Position numbers and translations under genes: made by a program
Shown: positions 14,964 through 24,033 of the stretch, in pieces
How positions within the stretch are numbered: position 1 is the stretch's first letter
How the letters are laid out: every line of letters begins with the position of its first letter
The notes under the pieces: model-generated
What the model saw: the letters and a program-made list of their open reading frames with translations, nothing else
Told to the model about the DNA's origin: nothing
Databases searched by the model: none
Source: Verrucomicrobia bacterium UBA3869
GTDB lineage: Bacteria; Verrucomicrobiota; Verrucomicrobiia; Opitutales; UBA9783
Direction of reading: 5' to 3'
Assembly (NCBI GenBank): GCA_002392285.1
Contig: DGGR01000017.1
Location: 1-24,033, forward strand
DNA: 24,033 nt

Positions 14964-16415
14964 TTAGGATTTGTTATTGAGGCATTCAATCAACAGCTGA
15001 TTGATGAGGTCGATAGGAGCTTTCCCTTGGGTACGCTTCATAATTTGTCCTTTAAGGACATTGATCGCTTTTTCTTTACCCGAACGGTATTCAGCAACGG
15101 GTTGCGGGAATGCGTTGATGACTTCTTGGCACACAGCCTTCAAAGCTTCGATATCCACTTTCATTTCCAATCCTTTATCCTGAACAATCTGTTTTGCCGA
15201 TAAGCCACTTTGGATCATTTCAACAAATACATCCTTAGCGTTTTGCTTGGAGAGTACCTGCCCATCGATCAACTGAACCAGTTCAGCGAGCATAGGAGGC
15301 GTTAGCTTCAATTCACTCCATGGTTTTCCTGCCATTTCCCGCAATAGGTCATTGGCGATCCAATTAGCAATGGCTAATGGATTTTTGGGATAAAGCGCAT
15401 GGGTTTGATCGAAAAAGTTACTGAGGAAGCAATCGGGGCAAAGCACGGATGTAAGCGTATACGGCAGTTTCAGTTCCTGCTGATAGCGTTCTTGCTTAGC
15501 AAACGGCAACTCAGGCAATTGATCACGTTGAGCTTGGATTACCTCATCAGATAAGGTAATTGGAAACAGATCCGGATCGGTAAAGTAACGGTAATCATGC
15601 GCGTCTTCTTTGGAACGCATGGAGGTACTGACTAGCTTTTCAGCATCCCACCGACGGGTTTCTTGCTCAATGTGGCCATTCGACTCTAAAACCTCTATTT
15701 GCCGCTGGATTTCATAGCGAATACCGCTGCATACGCCCGAAATAGAGTTGAGGTTTTTCAATTCTACCTTGGTCCCCAATTGCGTAGACCCAACGGGTCG
15801 AATACTCACATTGGCGTCGCAGCGCATTTGCCCCTTTTCCATATCGCAATCCGATGCGCCTATGTAGCGCAAATGCATTTCCAAGGATTTGAGGTAAGCA
15901 AACGCTTCTTCAGGCGAATGCATATCCGGTTCCGAGACAATTTCGATTAGCGGTGTACCCGCACGGTTAAAATCGATGCAGGTTTCGTTGGCGCCATGGG
16001 TTAATTTTCCTACGTCTTCCTCTAAATGAATACGATTGAGGGCAACCTTGCGGTGTTCGCCTTGAATATTACGCGCAGGTCCTGCCAATTCAATTTCTAC
16101 CTGGCCACCAGCGCATAAGGGCTGATCTAGCTGAGAAATTTGATAGTTTTTGGGTGCATCCGGATAAAAGTAATTTTTGCGGTCCCATTTGCACTGATGA
16201 GCAATTTTGCAACCAAATACATGGCCAGCAGCTACTGCTTTTAATATGGCACCTTTGTTTAGCACAGGGAGGGTTCCGGGGAGCCCAAGTACCACTTCAT
16301 TCAAAAGTGTATTGGGTGCTTCACCATAGTGATAAGGAACCCGCGTGAATAGCTTTGTTTTGGTCTTTAATTGAACGTGGACTTCAAGCCCAATAACGGC
16401 TTCATACTGTGTCAT
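14964..16415 (-). CDS. gatB: Asp-tRNA(Asn)/Glu-tRNA(Gln) amidotransferase subunit B
   Basis: 483 aa. Contains YEAVIGLEVHVQLKT, FDRKNYFYPDAPKNYQISQ, HLEEDVGKL, NRAGTPLIEIVSEPD and a C-terminal YqeY-like tail. Confidence 0.95.
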   Translation of the reverse strand: MTQYEAVIGLEVHVQLKTKTKLFTRVPYHYGEAPNTLLNEVVLGLPGTLPVLNKGAILKAVAAGHVFGCKIAHQCKWDRKNYFYPDAPKNYQISQLDQPLCAGGQVEIELAGPARNIQGEHRKVALNRIHLEEDVGKLTHGANETCIDFNRAGTPLIEIVSEPDMHSPEEAFAYLKSLEMHLRYIGASDCDMEKGQMRCDANVSIRPVGSTQLGTKVELKNLNSISGVCSGIRYEIQRQIEVLESNGHIEQETRRWDAEKLVSTSMRSKEDAHDYRYFTDPDLFPITLSDEVIQAQRDQLPELPFAKQERYQQELKLPYTLTSVLCPDCFLSNFFDQTHALYPKNPLAIANWIANDLLREMAGKPWSELKLTPPMLAELVQLIDGQVLSKQNAKDVFVEMIQSGLSAKQIVQDKGLEMKVDIEALKAVCQEVINAFPQPVAEYRSGKEKAINVLKGQIMKRTQGKAPIDLINQLLIECLNNKS

Positions 16416-16508
16416 AGGAGCAATTCCTTAATCTACCATCAGTACAAGGAGGATTGCACTGAAAGACAACTTAAATAGTTTAATCGTATCCAACGCATTT
16501 TATAGATT

Positions 16509-17975
16509 CTAAAGCAATGGGTAACAGTTGCTGTAATCGTGTCCTGCCTCAAAGGCTTCTGCAATCGATAACAAGGTACTTTCTTCAAATGGCTTACCAA
16601 TCAGCTGTAGTCCAATCGGCAAACCGTCTTGGGTAAATCCACACGGGATAGACATACCAGGCAAACCGGCTAAGTTAACCGAAACCGTATAGATATCGCT
16701 TAAATACATAGCTAATGGCGTATCCTTTTCTCCTTGCTTGTTAGCAGGAACTGGGGTGGTTGGGGCTAAAATAGCATCTACCTGCTTAAAGGCATCCATG
16801 AAATCATTGTAAATCAAGCGGCGTACTTTTTGAGCCTTATCGTAATAATAAGCATCATACTTTCCGCTGCTGAGAACGTGCAATCCCAATAAGATGCGTC
16901 GCTTTACCTCAGGCCCTAGTCCTTCGCCGCGCGAATACTCAAACACCTGATCAATCGTTTGCGCTTTGGGGCTACGATAACCATAACGAATGCCATCGAA
17001 ACGCGCTAGGTTCGAAGAAGCTTCCGCTGAAGCAATGACGTAGTAAACTGGAATGGCGTAATCTAAGGTCTTTAATTGAATGGGAACGATGCGATACCCT
17101 AAGTTTTTATAAAATTCAATCGCTTGCTCTACAGACTGCCGTATTTCTGGATTTAATCCTTCCTGAAAGTAGGCATCCGAAACCCCTAAACTCCATTGTT
17201 TCCCTTTATTTGCCTGCATGTCGGCCAAAAAATTAGGGATGGGTTTGCGCGCACTGGTTGCATCTTTGGGGTCAGCACCGCACAAAATCGATAGAATACG
17301 GGCTACACCAGATACCCTTCGAGCCAAGATCCCCGCTTGATCCAACGAGCTAGCAAACGCTACCATTCCGTAACGGCTGACCCGCCCATAACTGGGTTTA
17401 ATGCCTACCACACCGCACAACGCTGCAGGTTGGCGGATGGAACCTCCTGTGTCGGTTCCTAAAGCGACCGGCACTTCACCGGCTGCAACGGCTGCTGCGC
17501 TTCCTGAGCTACTACCCCCGGGGATACGGGTTAAATCCCAAGGATTGTGGGTCATTTTGAAAGCAGAATGTTCTGAGGACGAACCCATAGCGAATTCATC
17601 CATGTTTAACCGTCCCCATAGGACCATTCCTGCCTCCCTTAGGTGTTGGACCAAGGTTGCATCGTAGGGGCTAATAAAATGTTCTAGAATACGACTGGCA
17701 CAGGTTAATGGTTGCCCTTTTTCAGCAAAAATATCTTTGAGACCGATGGGAATTCCATCCAACTCACTGAGTGAAGCTCCTTCTGCGCGGCGTTTATCGG
17801 ATGCTTGTGCTTCTTTTAGGGTTTTATCCTCGTCAAAGCTTAAAAACGCACCTATTTTCGGCTCTACCGCTTTTGTACGCTGAATATAGAGTTGGGTAAG
17901 CTCAACCGACGAAAATTGTTTTGCGTTTAATCCATTGATAAGGGTGTCCAACGATTGAAAAATAACATCATCCAT
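16509..17975 (-). CDS. gatA: Glu-tRNA(Gln) amidotransferase subunit A (amidase signature family)
   Basis: 488 aa. Contains the amidase signature GGSSSGSAAAVAAG...GTDTGGSIRQPAA. Confidence 0.95.
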   Translation of the reverse strand: MDDVIFQSLDTLINGLNAKQFSSVELTQLYIQRTKAVEPKIGAFLSFDEDKTLKEAQASDKRRAEGASLSELDGIPIGLKDIFAEKGQPLTCASRILEHFISPYDATLVQHLREAGMVLWGRLNMDEFAMGSSSEHSAFKMTHNPWDLTRIPGGSSSGSAAAVAAGEVPVALGTDTGGSIRQPAALCGVVGIKPSYGRVSRYGMVAFASSLDQAGILARRVSGVARILSILCGADPKDATSARKPIPNFLADMQANKGKQWSLGVSDAYFQEGLNPEIRQSVEQAIEFYKNLGYRIVPIQLKTLDYAIPVYYVIASAEASSNLARFDGIRYGYRSPKAQTIDQVFEYSRGEGLGPEVKRRILLGLHVLSSGKYDAYYYDKAQKVRRLIYNDFMDAFKQVDAILAPTTPVPANKQGEKDTPLAMYLSDIYTVSVNLAGLPGMSIPCGFTQDGLPIGLQLIGKPFEESTLLSIAEAFEAGHDYSNCYPLL

Positions 17976-17999
17976 AACTTATCCTTCCCCCTCCAAAGG

Positions 18000-18272
18000 T
18001 TACAGTACTTTTGGCACTGACAATTGATCCGCTTCCATATGAGGTGCGTTTTGTGCCAAACAATTATTGATGCCATTGACATCGGGAACATCTTCACCCC
18101 AGGTATTATCAGGTTGTTCAAAGACATGAACCAGTGGCTCAAGGTTATCGACATCGAGCGTTTCTAATTTTTGGCAATAGGCAATAATCCCCTCTAAATC
18201 CTTAGCCAATTGTTTTTGTTCTTCTTCAGACAGTTGAATACGCGCCATGCGTGCTAATTTTTGAATGTCCAT
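18000..18272 (-). CDS. gatC: Asp/Glu-tRNA amidotransferase subunit C
   Basis: 90 aa. MDIQKLARMARIQLSEEEQKQLAKDLEGIIAYCQKLETLDV is a typical GatC N-terminus. The gene lies immediately upstream of gatA in the same orientation. Confidence 0.9.
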   Translation of the reverse strand: MDIQKLARMARIQLSEEEQKQLAKDLEGIIAYCQKLETLDVDNLEPLVHVFEQPDNTWGEDVPDVNGINNCLAQNAPHMEADQLSVPKVL

Positions 18273-18333
18273 ATCCTATGCTAAGCTGCTTTACATCATT
18301 AAAAAAGGCTTATTAAAGTGCAAGTTAAAAGGC

Positions 18334-20796
18334 TCAATTGAGTTTGCGAATCCGGTAAGACGTACTGTGTTCAATCTGTTCCTGCAAGGCATCGAATACG
18401 GATTGAACCTGCGTATCGGTTAATACCGAACCATTGGTGCCAAATTGCAAGGAAAACGCTAAACTTTTACGGTTATTTTGAGGGTCTTGGAACACATCAA
18501 ACACCGCTAGGTCGTGTAGAAAGATGGGATTTTTAATGCATTTTTTCGCTATTTTAACCAAATCACGTTGTACGGTGTCGCACAAAGTTTCTGTTGAAAC
18601 CCAAAGCGCAAGGTCTTTGGTTACGAGCGAGCCATCGTAATACGCCTGAAAGGTTTTATGGGTCATAGGGCGGAGGCGGTCGATGCGCCACAAACACTCA
18701 GCGGCTAAAACCACATCATCCTTAAACCAATTTTTGGTGAAATCTAAATCCAAATTTCCTAGGGCTATTTCTACCCCCTGTTGTTCCCAGTTGCCAAAGC
18801 GGTAACTGTATTTTGACTGCCACAACGCAGGTGTAGCATCCGGGAAAACGATGGGAAAAGGATGTCCGCTAGCGCTTACCAGATTTTGAGCTAATGCTTT
18901 CGCAGCGTAGAAATCGAACGGGGCAACAGGATTCCATAGGCGTTTTTTGGATGGCATGACGACAAAAGCCGTTGCAAAAACTTCGCACACAGATCCTTGG
19001 CGGTTGGTTTTAAAAATGTGCCCTGTTTCGAACAGCCGTTCAGTAGGATTGCCATAACGCCGGTTGTCGAACAGCGCTTGAACCAACCCAGGAATTAAAG
19101 AATATCGCAAGCAAGCGTGATCCACACTCAGCGGCTTTTCTAAATTCAATGCTTTGTGTTGCGCTTCGGAAAGGGATTCCGCATACCATTGCGCCGGTTG
19201 TAGCGTATCGGTATAACATTCGTAAAACCCAGCATGGGTAAGTAAAGCTGCGTGGTGTTTGCGTAGCGTATGAACGGGGTCATCCTGCAAGGTACAAACG
19301 GATTCGCTTGTTAAGCGCATCGGCAAGGTGTCGGTCCCTTGTAAGCGTATCCATTCTTCAGCCAGATCTACTTCTTGGGTAATATCCGGTCGATAGGATG
19401 GAATACGAACGGTTAAGGTATCGCCGTTAACCGAGTCGAGGGTGAATTGGAAACGCTTTAACGCATCCTGAAAGGCAGAACTATCTACCGGAGCGCCTAA
19501 AACACTGGTAATTTTCGACAAACGTACCGTTAAGGTTTGAGCTTCATTATGAGCCTGCCCTGCTTCTGTAAAAAACTTTATAGATAGCCCCGGATTGGTT
19601 AACGATAACAGTTGGATCGCGCGAACCAAGGCTAATGCTGCACGTTCCTTGTCCACAAAGCGTTCAAAGCGGTAGGAGGAATCGCTACTAAGGTGTAATG
19701 TTTGTGAGGTGTTGTGGATAGATCTGCGGTTAAAATGGGCACATTCGATAAAAATCCGCTTAGTTTGTTCGGTTATGCGGCTGCTTTCACCCCCCATAAC
19801 GCCAGCAATCGATAGCGCTTGTTGGTCATCAGCCACCACCATCGTTCGAGGGGTTAAGGTCTGCGTTGCTCCGGTTAATAACCGCAATGATTCATTGGGT
19901 TGAGCCAAACGTACGCAAAGATTGCCTTTAACTTGGTCAGCATCAAAGGCATGCAACGGCTGCCCTTGTTCCAACAGAATCACATTGGTTACGTCCACTA
20001 GGTTGTTGATGGGGCGCAATCCAGAGGCCAACAAAAACGATTGAATCGCTTCGGGACTTGGTTGTACCGTAATGTTTTCGATGCAACAGCCGGAAAAATA
20101 ATCACACGCATCGGTATCCAGCGTTACCCGTGCTTGCTGAGGTAATTGATGCAAAAAGGCCTTTGGGTTAGCAAGGTGCGCTTTAAAAGAGTCTTCAGAA
20201 ACAACGACTAAGTCAGGTGTTTCTTGAACGGGTATGCCCGATAAAGCGCTTAATTCACGTGCCAATCCAATATAGCTTAAGCAGTCTCCTCGATTGGAAG
20301 GAATCGATAGGTCGATCAAGGTATCCCGTGTATTCCCAAAAAGTTCTTCCAATGGAGTCCCTACCTTAAGATTGCGATCATTTAAAATGAAAAGTCCATG
20401 GCAGCGCGTTTCAGCTAATCCTAATTCGTCTGCGCTACACATCATACCGTAGGAATCGATACCACGCAAAGAAGCCTTTTCCATGATCCGATCGCCTAAT
20501 CGTGCGCCTATTAAGGCAACAGGTACGATATCACCGGCTTTGAAATTTTGTGCGCCACAGACAATCTGCAATGGGCTTGCTTGACCAACGTCTACTTTGC
20601 ATACGCTTAGCCGATCAGCCTGCGGATGTGGGTTCTTTTCCAAAATCTGTCCAACTACCAAGGACCCGTTGCCGCAATACCCGCAGGGCGTCATTTGCTC
20701 TACCTCAAATCCTAGGTGAATAAACGCTTCTGCAATCCACGCATCCGATTGAGTAAGTGGAATGTATCGTCTGAGAAACCCGCACCGTATGATCAT
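18334..20796 (-). CDS. pheT: Phenylalanine-tRNA ligase beta subunit
   Basis: 820 aa. tRNA-binding OB domain (VVGQILEKNPHPQADRLSVCKVDVG), B3/4 and B5 regions (SIAGVMGGESS), and a C-terminal FDX-ACB-like domain (DVFQDPQNNRKSLAFSLQF). The upstream in-frame stop leaves ATG 20796 as the only start. Confidence 0.92.
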   Translation of the reverse strand: MIIRCGFLRRYIPLTQSDAWIAEAFIHLGFEVEQMTPCGYCGNGSLVVGQILEKNPHPQADRLSVCKVDVGQASPLQIVCGAQNFKAGDIVPVALIGARLGDRIMEKASLRGIDSYGMMCSADELGLAETRCHGLFILNDRNLKVGTPLEELFGNTRDTLIDLSIPSNRGDCLSYIGLARELSALSGIPVQETPDLVVVSEDSFKAHLANPKAFLHQLPQQARVTLDTDACDYFSGCCIENITVQPSPEAIQSFLLASGLRPINNLVDVTNVILLEQGQPLHAFDADQVKGNLCVRLAQPNESLRLLTGATQTLTPRTMVVADDQQALSIAGVMGGESSRITEQTKRIFIECAHFNRRSIHNTSQTLHLSSDSSYRFERFVDKERAALALVRAIQLLSLTNPGLSIKFFTEAGQAHNEAQTLTVRLSKITSVLGAPVDSSAFQDALKRFQFTLDSVNGDTLTVRIPSYRPDITQEVDLAEEWIRLQGTDTLPMRLTSESVCTLQDDPVHTLRKHHAALLTHAGFYECYTDTLQPAQWYAESLSEAQHKALNLEKPLSVDHACLRYSLIPGLVQALFDNRRYGNPTERLFETGHIFKTNRQGSVCEVFATAFVVMPSKKRLWNPVAPFDFYAAKALAQNLVSASGHPFPIVFPDATPALWQSKYSYRFGNWEQQGVEIALGNLDLDFTKNWFKDDVVLAAECLWRIDRLRPMTHKTFQAYYDGSLVTKDLALWVSTETLCDTVQRDLVKIAKKCIKNPIFLHDLAVFDVFQDPQNNRKSLAFSLQFGTNGSVLTDTQVQSVFDALQEQIEHSTSYRIRKLN

Positions 20797-20851
20797 ATGC
20801 TTTTTATAAACAACTATAAATCGCTAACGTCAACGTTTATGGTTATTCATA

Positions 20852-20889
20852 TGTGCCAAGTGTGTCAAATGTGAGCCAATTGTGGCACA
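20852..20889 (+). promoter_or_regulatory. Phased TGTG-N(1-3)-CAA repeat cluster / 7-bp inverted repeat; candidate enhancer (bEBP) or other regulator binding site
   Basis: aTGTGCCAAgTGTGTCAAaTGTGAGCCAAtTGTGGCACAAa. TGTG occurs at 20852, 20861, 20870 and 20881, a spacing of 9, 9 and 11 nt. The outer units form a perfect inverted repeat, TGTGCCA (20852-20858) / TGGCACA (20883-20889), 31 bp centre to centre. The cluster lies 65-100 bp upstream of the sigma-54-like element. Confidence 0.3.
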
Positions 20890-20951
20890 AAACAGGCGAT
20901 GTTTTTAACGAGCGACATTGTCAAAATGGCTCTGGAAGCGGGTTTGTAAAA

Positions 20952-20968
20952 TTGGCACGATTTTTGCA
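20952..20968 (+). promoter_or_regulatory. Sigma-54 (RpoN)-type -24/-12 promoter upstream of dnaK
   Basis: TTGGCACGATTTTTGCA matches the extended consensus YTGGCACGrNNNTTGCW at every specified position. GG is at 20954-20955 and GC at 20966-20967. The predicted TSS is around 20979, about 19 nt upstream of the dnaK ATG. My scan of both strands for TGGCAC found no other copy with a correctly spaced TTGC. Confidence 0.5.
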
Positions 20969-20997
20969 CATTAATAAGGCGTAGATTGGAAAGTGTT

Positions 20998-22962
20998 ATG
21001 GATAAAGTTACAGGTAAAGTTTTAGGAATTGATTTAGGAACCACCAATTCATGTATGGCGGTTATGAGCAATGGCGAATGGGTGGTTATCCCCAACGCCG
21101 AAGGTGCGCGTACAACCCCATCGATTGTAGCGTTTACAAAATCAGGTGAACGCTTAGTAGGACAAGCAGCCAAGCGTCAAGCGGTTACAAACCCAAAGAA
21201 TACGATTTTTTCAGCAAAACGGTTGATTGGCCGTAAATTTACAGAAATTCAAGAGGTTGCCAAGCGCTTGCCTTATAAGGTAATTGCGGGTAAAAACGGG
21301 GATGCGTGGATTGAATGTCAGGTTGGGAATAAAACAGAACAGTTTGCGCCCGAACAAATTTCGGCTATGGTTTTAGCCAAATTAAAAGCAGATGCAGAAG
21401 CTTATTTAGGGGAAACGATTACGCATGCGGTTATTACCGTCCCTGCTTATTTTAATGATGCGCAGCGTCAAGCGACGAAGGATGCGGGTAAGATTGCTGG
21501 ATTGGAAGTGCTCCGTATCATCAATGAACCAACAGCGGCTTCATTAGCCTATGGATTAGATAAGAAAAAGAACGAAACGATTGCCGTTTTTGATGTCGGA
21601 GGTGGAACTTTCGATGTATCGGTTTTGGAAATCGGTGATGGTGTCTTTGAGGTAAAGGCTACCAATGGCGATACGCAATTAGGAGGAGATGACTGGGATG
21701 AAGCCATTATCCATTGGATGGCGGATGACTTTAGGAAAGCAAACGGTATCGATCTTATGCAGGATCCCAGTGCCCGTCAGCGTTTGAAGGAAAAGGCAGA
21801 AGAAGCCAAGATTGCGCTTTCATCTGCACAAGAAGTGGATATTAGCCTGCCCTTTATTACGGCCGATGCGTCCGGACCTAGACACTTAGAAGCTCATTTA
21901 ACCCGGGCTCAATTAGAGCGTATCTGCGATCCATTATACGAACGGCTAAAAGGTCCATTCTTTGCTTGCCTGAAGGATGCTAAAGTGGATGCTCACTCGA
22001 TCCATGAATTGGTATTGGTCGGTGGTATGACCCGTTCTCCGAAGGTTGTTGATATAGCCAACAGCTTGGCCAACAAACCGGCAAACAAGGGGGTAAATCC
22101 GGATGAGGTAGTGGCGATTGGTGCTGCTATTCAAGGTGGAGTGTTAAGGGGAGATGTTAACGACGTTTTGTTGTTGGATGTTACTCCGTTAACCTTGGGT
22201 ATTGAAACAGCAGGTGGAGTCGCAACCCCCATGATTGAGCGCAACTCAACTATTCCGACTAAAAAGTCGCAAATCTTTTCTACGTACGCGGATAATCAAA
22301 CGGCCGTGGATATTCACGTGCTGCAAGGCGAGCGTCCGTTAGCTAAAGACAATAAGACTTTAGGTATGTTCCGGTTGGATGGCATTGCTATGGCTGCGCG
22401 CGGAGAACCTCAAATTGAAGTAACGTTCGATATTGATGCTAATGGTATTTTGCATGTAAGTGCTAAAGATAAAGCAACCGGTAAAGATCAGCATATTACC
22501 ATATCCGGTTCGTCGGGATTATCGAAAGAGGAGGTTGAGAAACTCCGTCAAGAAGCTGAACAGTTTGCCGAACAAGACAAAAAAGACCGTGAGTTGATTG
22601 AAACCCGCAACCGTTTGGATAGCTTTGTCTATCAGGCCGAAAAGCAACTGAAGGAATTCGGTAGTAAGTTACCTGCCGATAAAATGTCCCTTATCCAAGG
22701 TAAAATTGATGAGGTTAAGAAGCTGCTAGAGGACAAAAATGCCACCTTAGATACGTTAAAGGCCAAGGAAACGGAGTTGATGAATCTTATGCAGGAGTTA
22801 GGCCATGCGCTATATGGTAACAATGGAGCGGCTAATGCTGCTGCAGGTGGCGCTCAAACTAGCTCGGGAGCTAACGAAAAGACTGCAAACCCCAAGGAAA
22901 ATGTGGTTGACGCAGATTTTGAAGTAGTGAATGATAAAAAGACGCAGAGCGGCACACGTTAA
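20998..22962 (+). CDS. dnaK: Molecular chaperone DnaK (Hsp70)
   Basis: [23 protein letters not shown]-type motif ([15 protein letters not shown]), [12 protein letters not shown], and an EEVD-less tail ending [11 protein letters not shown]. The track ORF starts at TTG 20986. ATG 20998 ([14 protein letters not shown]) gives a canonical N-terminus. Confidence 0.95.
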   Translation: MDKVTGKVLGIDLGTTNSCMAVMSNGEWVVIPNAEGARTTPSIVAFTKSGERLVGQAAKRQAVTNPKNTIFSAKRLIGRKFTEIQEVAKRLPYKVIAGKNGDAWIECQVGNKTEQFAPEQISAMVLAKLKADAEAYLGETITHAVITVPAYFNDAQRQATKDAGKIAGLEVLRIINEPTAASLAYGLDKKKNETIAVFDVGGGTFDVSVLEIGDGVFEVKATNGDTQLGGDDWDEAIIHWMADDFRKANGIDLMQDPSARQRLKEKAEEAKIALSSAQEVDISLPFITADASGPRHLEAHLTRAQLERICDPLYERLKGPFFACLKDAKVDAHSIHELVLVGGMTRSPKVVDIANSLANKPANKGVNPDEVVAIGAAIQGGVLRGDVNDVLLLDVTPLTLGIETAGGVATPMIERNSTIPTKKSQIFSTYADNQTAVDIHVLQGERPLAKDNKTLGMFRLDGIAMAARGEPQIEVTFDIDANGILHVSAKDKATGKDQHITISGSSGLSKEEVEKLRQEAEQFAEQDKKDRELIETRNRLDSFVYQAEKQLKEFGSKLPADKMSLIQGKIDEVKKLLEDKNATLDTLKAKETELMNLMQELGHALYGNNGAANAAAGGAQTSSGANEKTANPKENVVDADFEVVNDKKTQSGTR

Positions 22963-22986
22963 CATTTAAATACAGGAGGAAATAGA

Positions 22987-24033
<1,047 letters not shown>

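Noticed and set aside
20797-20997. HrcA/CIRCE operator or sigma-32 heat-shock promoter upstream of dnaK
   Set aside because: I searched the region by eye for TTAGCACTC/GAGTGCTAA halves and for CTTGAAA...CCCCAT and found neither. Only the sigma-54-type element fits a known consensus.

Overview
This is a 24-kb bacterial chromosomal window from a diderm organism. The taxon cannot be fixed from the sequence; the split pheT, gatCAB and DnaK features give a weak PVC-like impression only. Most of it is housekeeping: glgB, tRNA-Ser(GCU), bioB divergent from bioD-bioA, a XerC/XerD-family recombinase, der, pheT-gatC-gatA-gatB, and dnaK-groES-groEL (groEL runs off the 3' end). Two patches look accessory. 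(1) Bases 1-5077 hold a TagF-like phosphotransferase gene on the minus strand, absent from the ORF track because it runs off the window. It diverges from a three-gene plus-strand operon: a 995-aa fusion protein (NTase-like domain, ATP-grasp domain, C-terminal phosphohistidine swivel domain), a class-I glutamine amidotransferase (peptidase C26 type), and a nucleotidyltransferase. Gene types and gene order match the Cj1418-Cj1417-Cj1416 core of the Campylobacter jejuni phosphoramidate (MeOPN) pathway. The differences are an extra fused N-terminal NTase-like domain and no Cj1415-type kinase or methyltransferases in the window. This is my best candidate for an undescribed glycan phospho-modification system. 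(2) Bases 13498-14812 hold two tandem orphan secreted proteins that share N-terminal signal-peptide and C-terminal tail modules. In addition, a perfect extended sigma-54 -24/-12 consensus with phased upstream repeats lies directly upstream of dnaK-groESL, and no CIRCE element is present. No CRISPR array, IS element, prophage or rRNA was seen.
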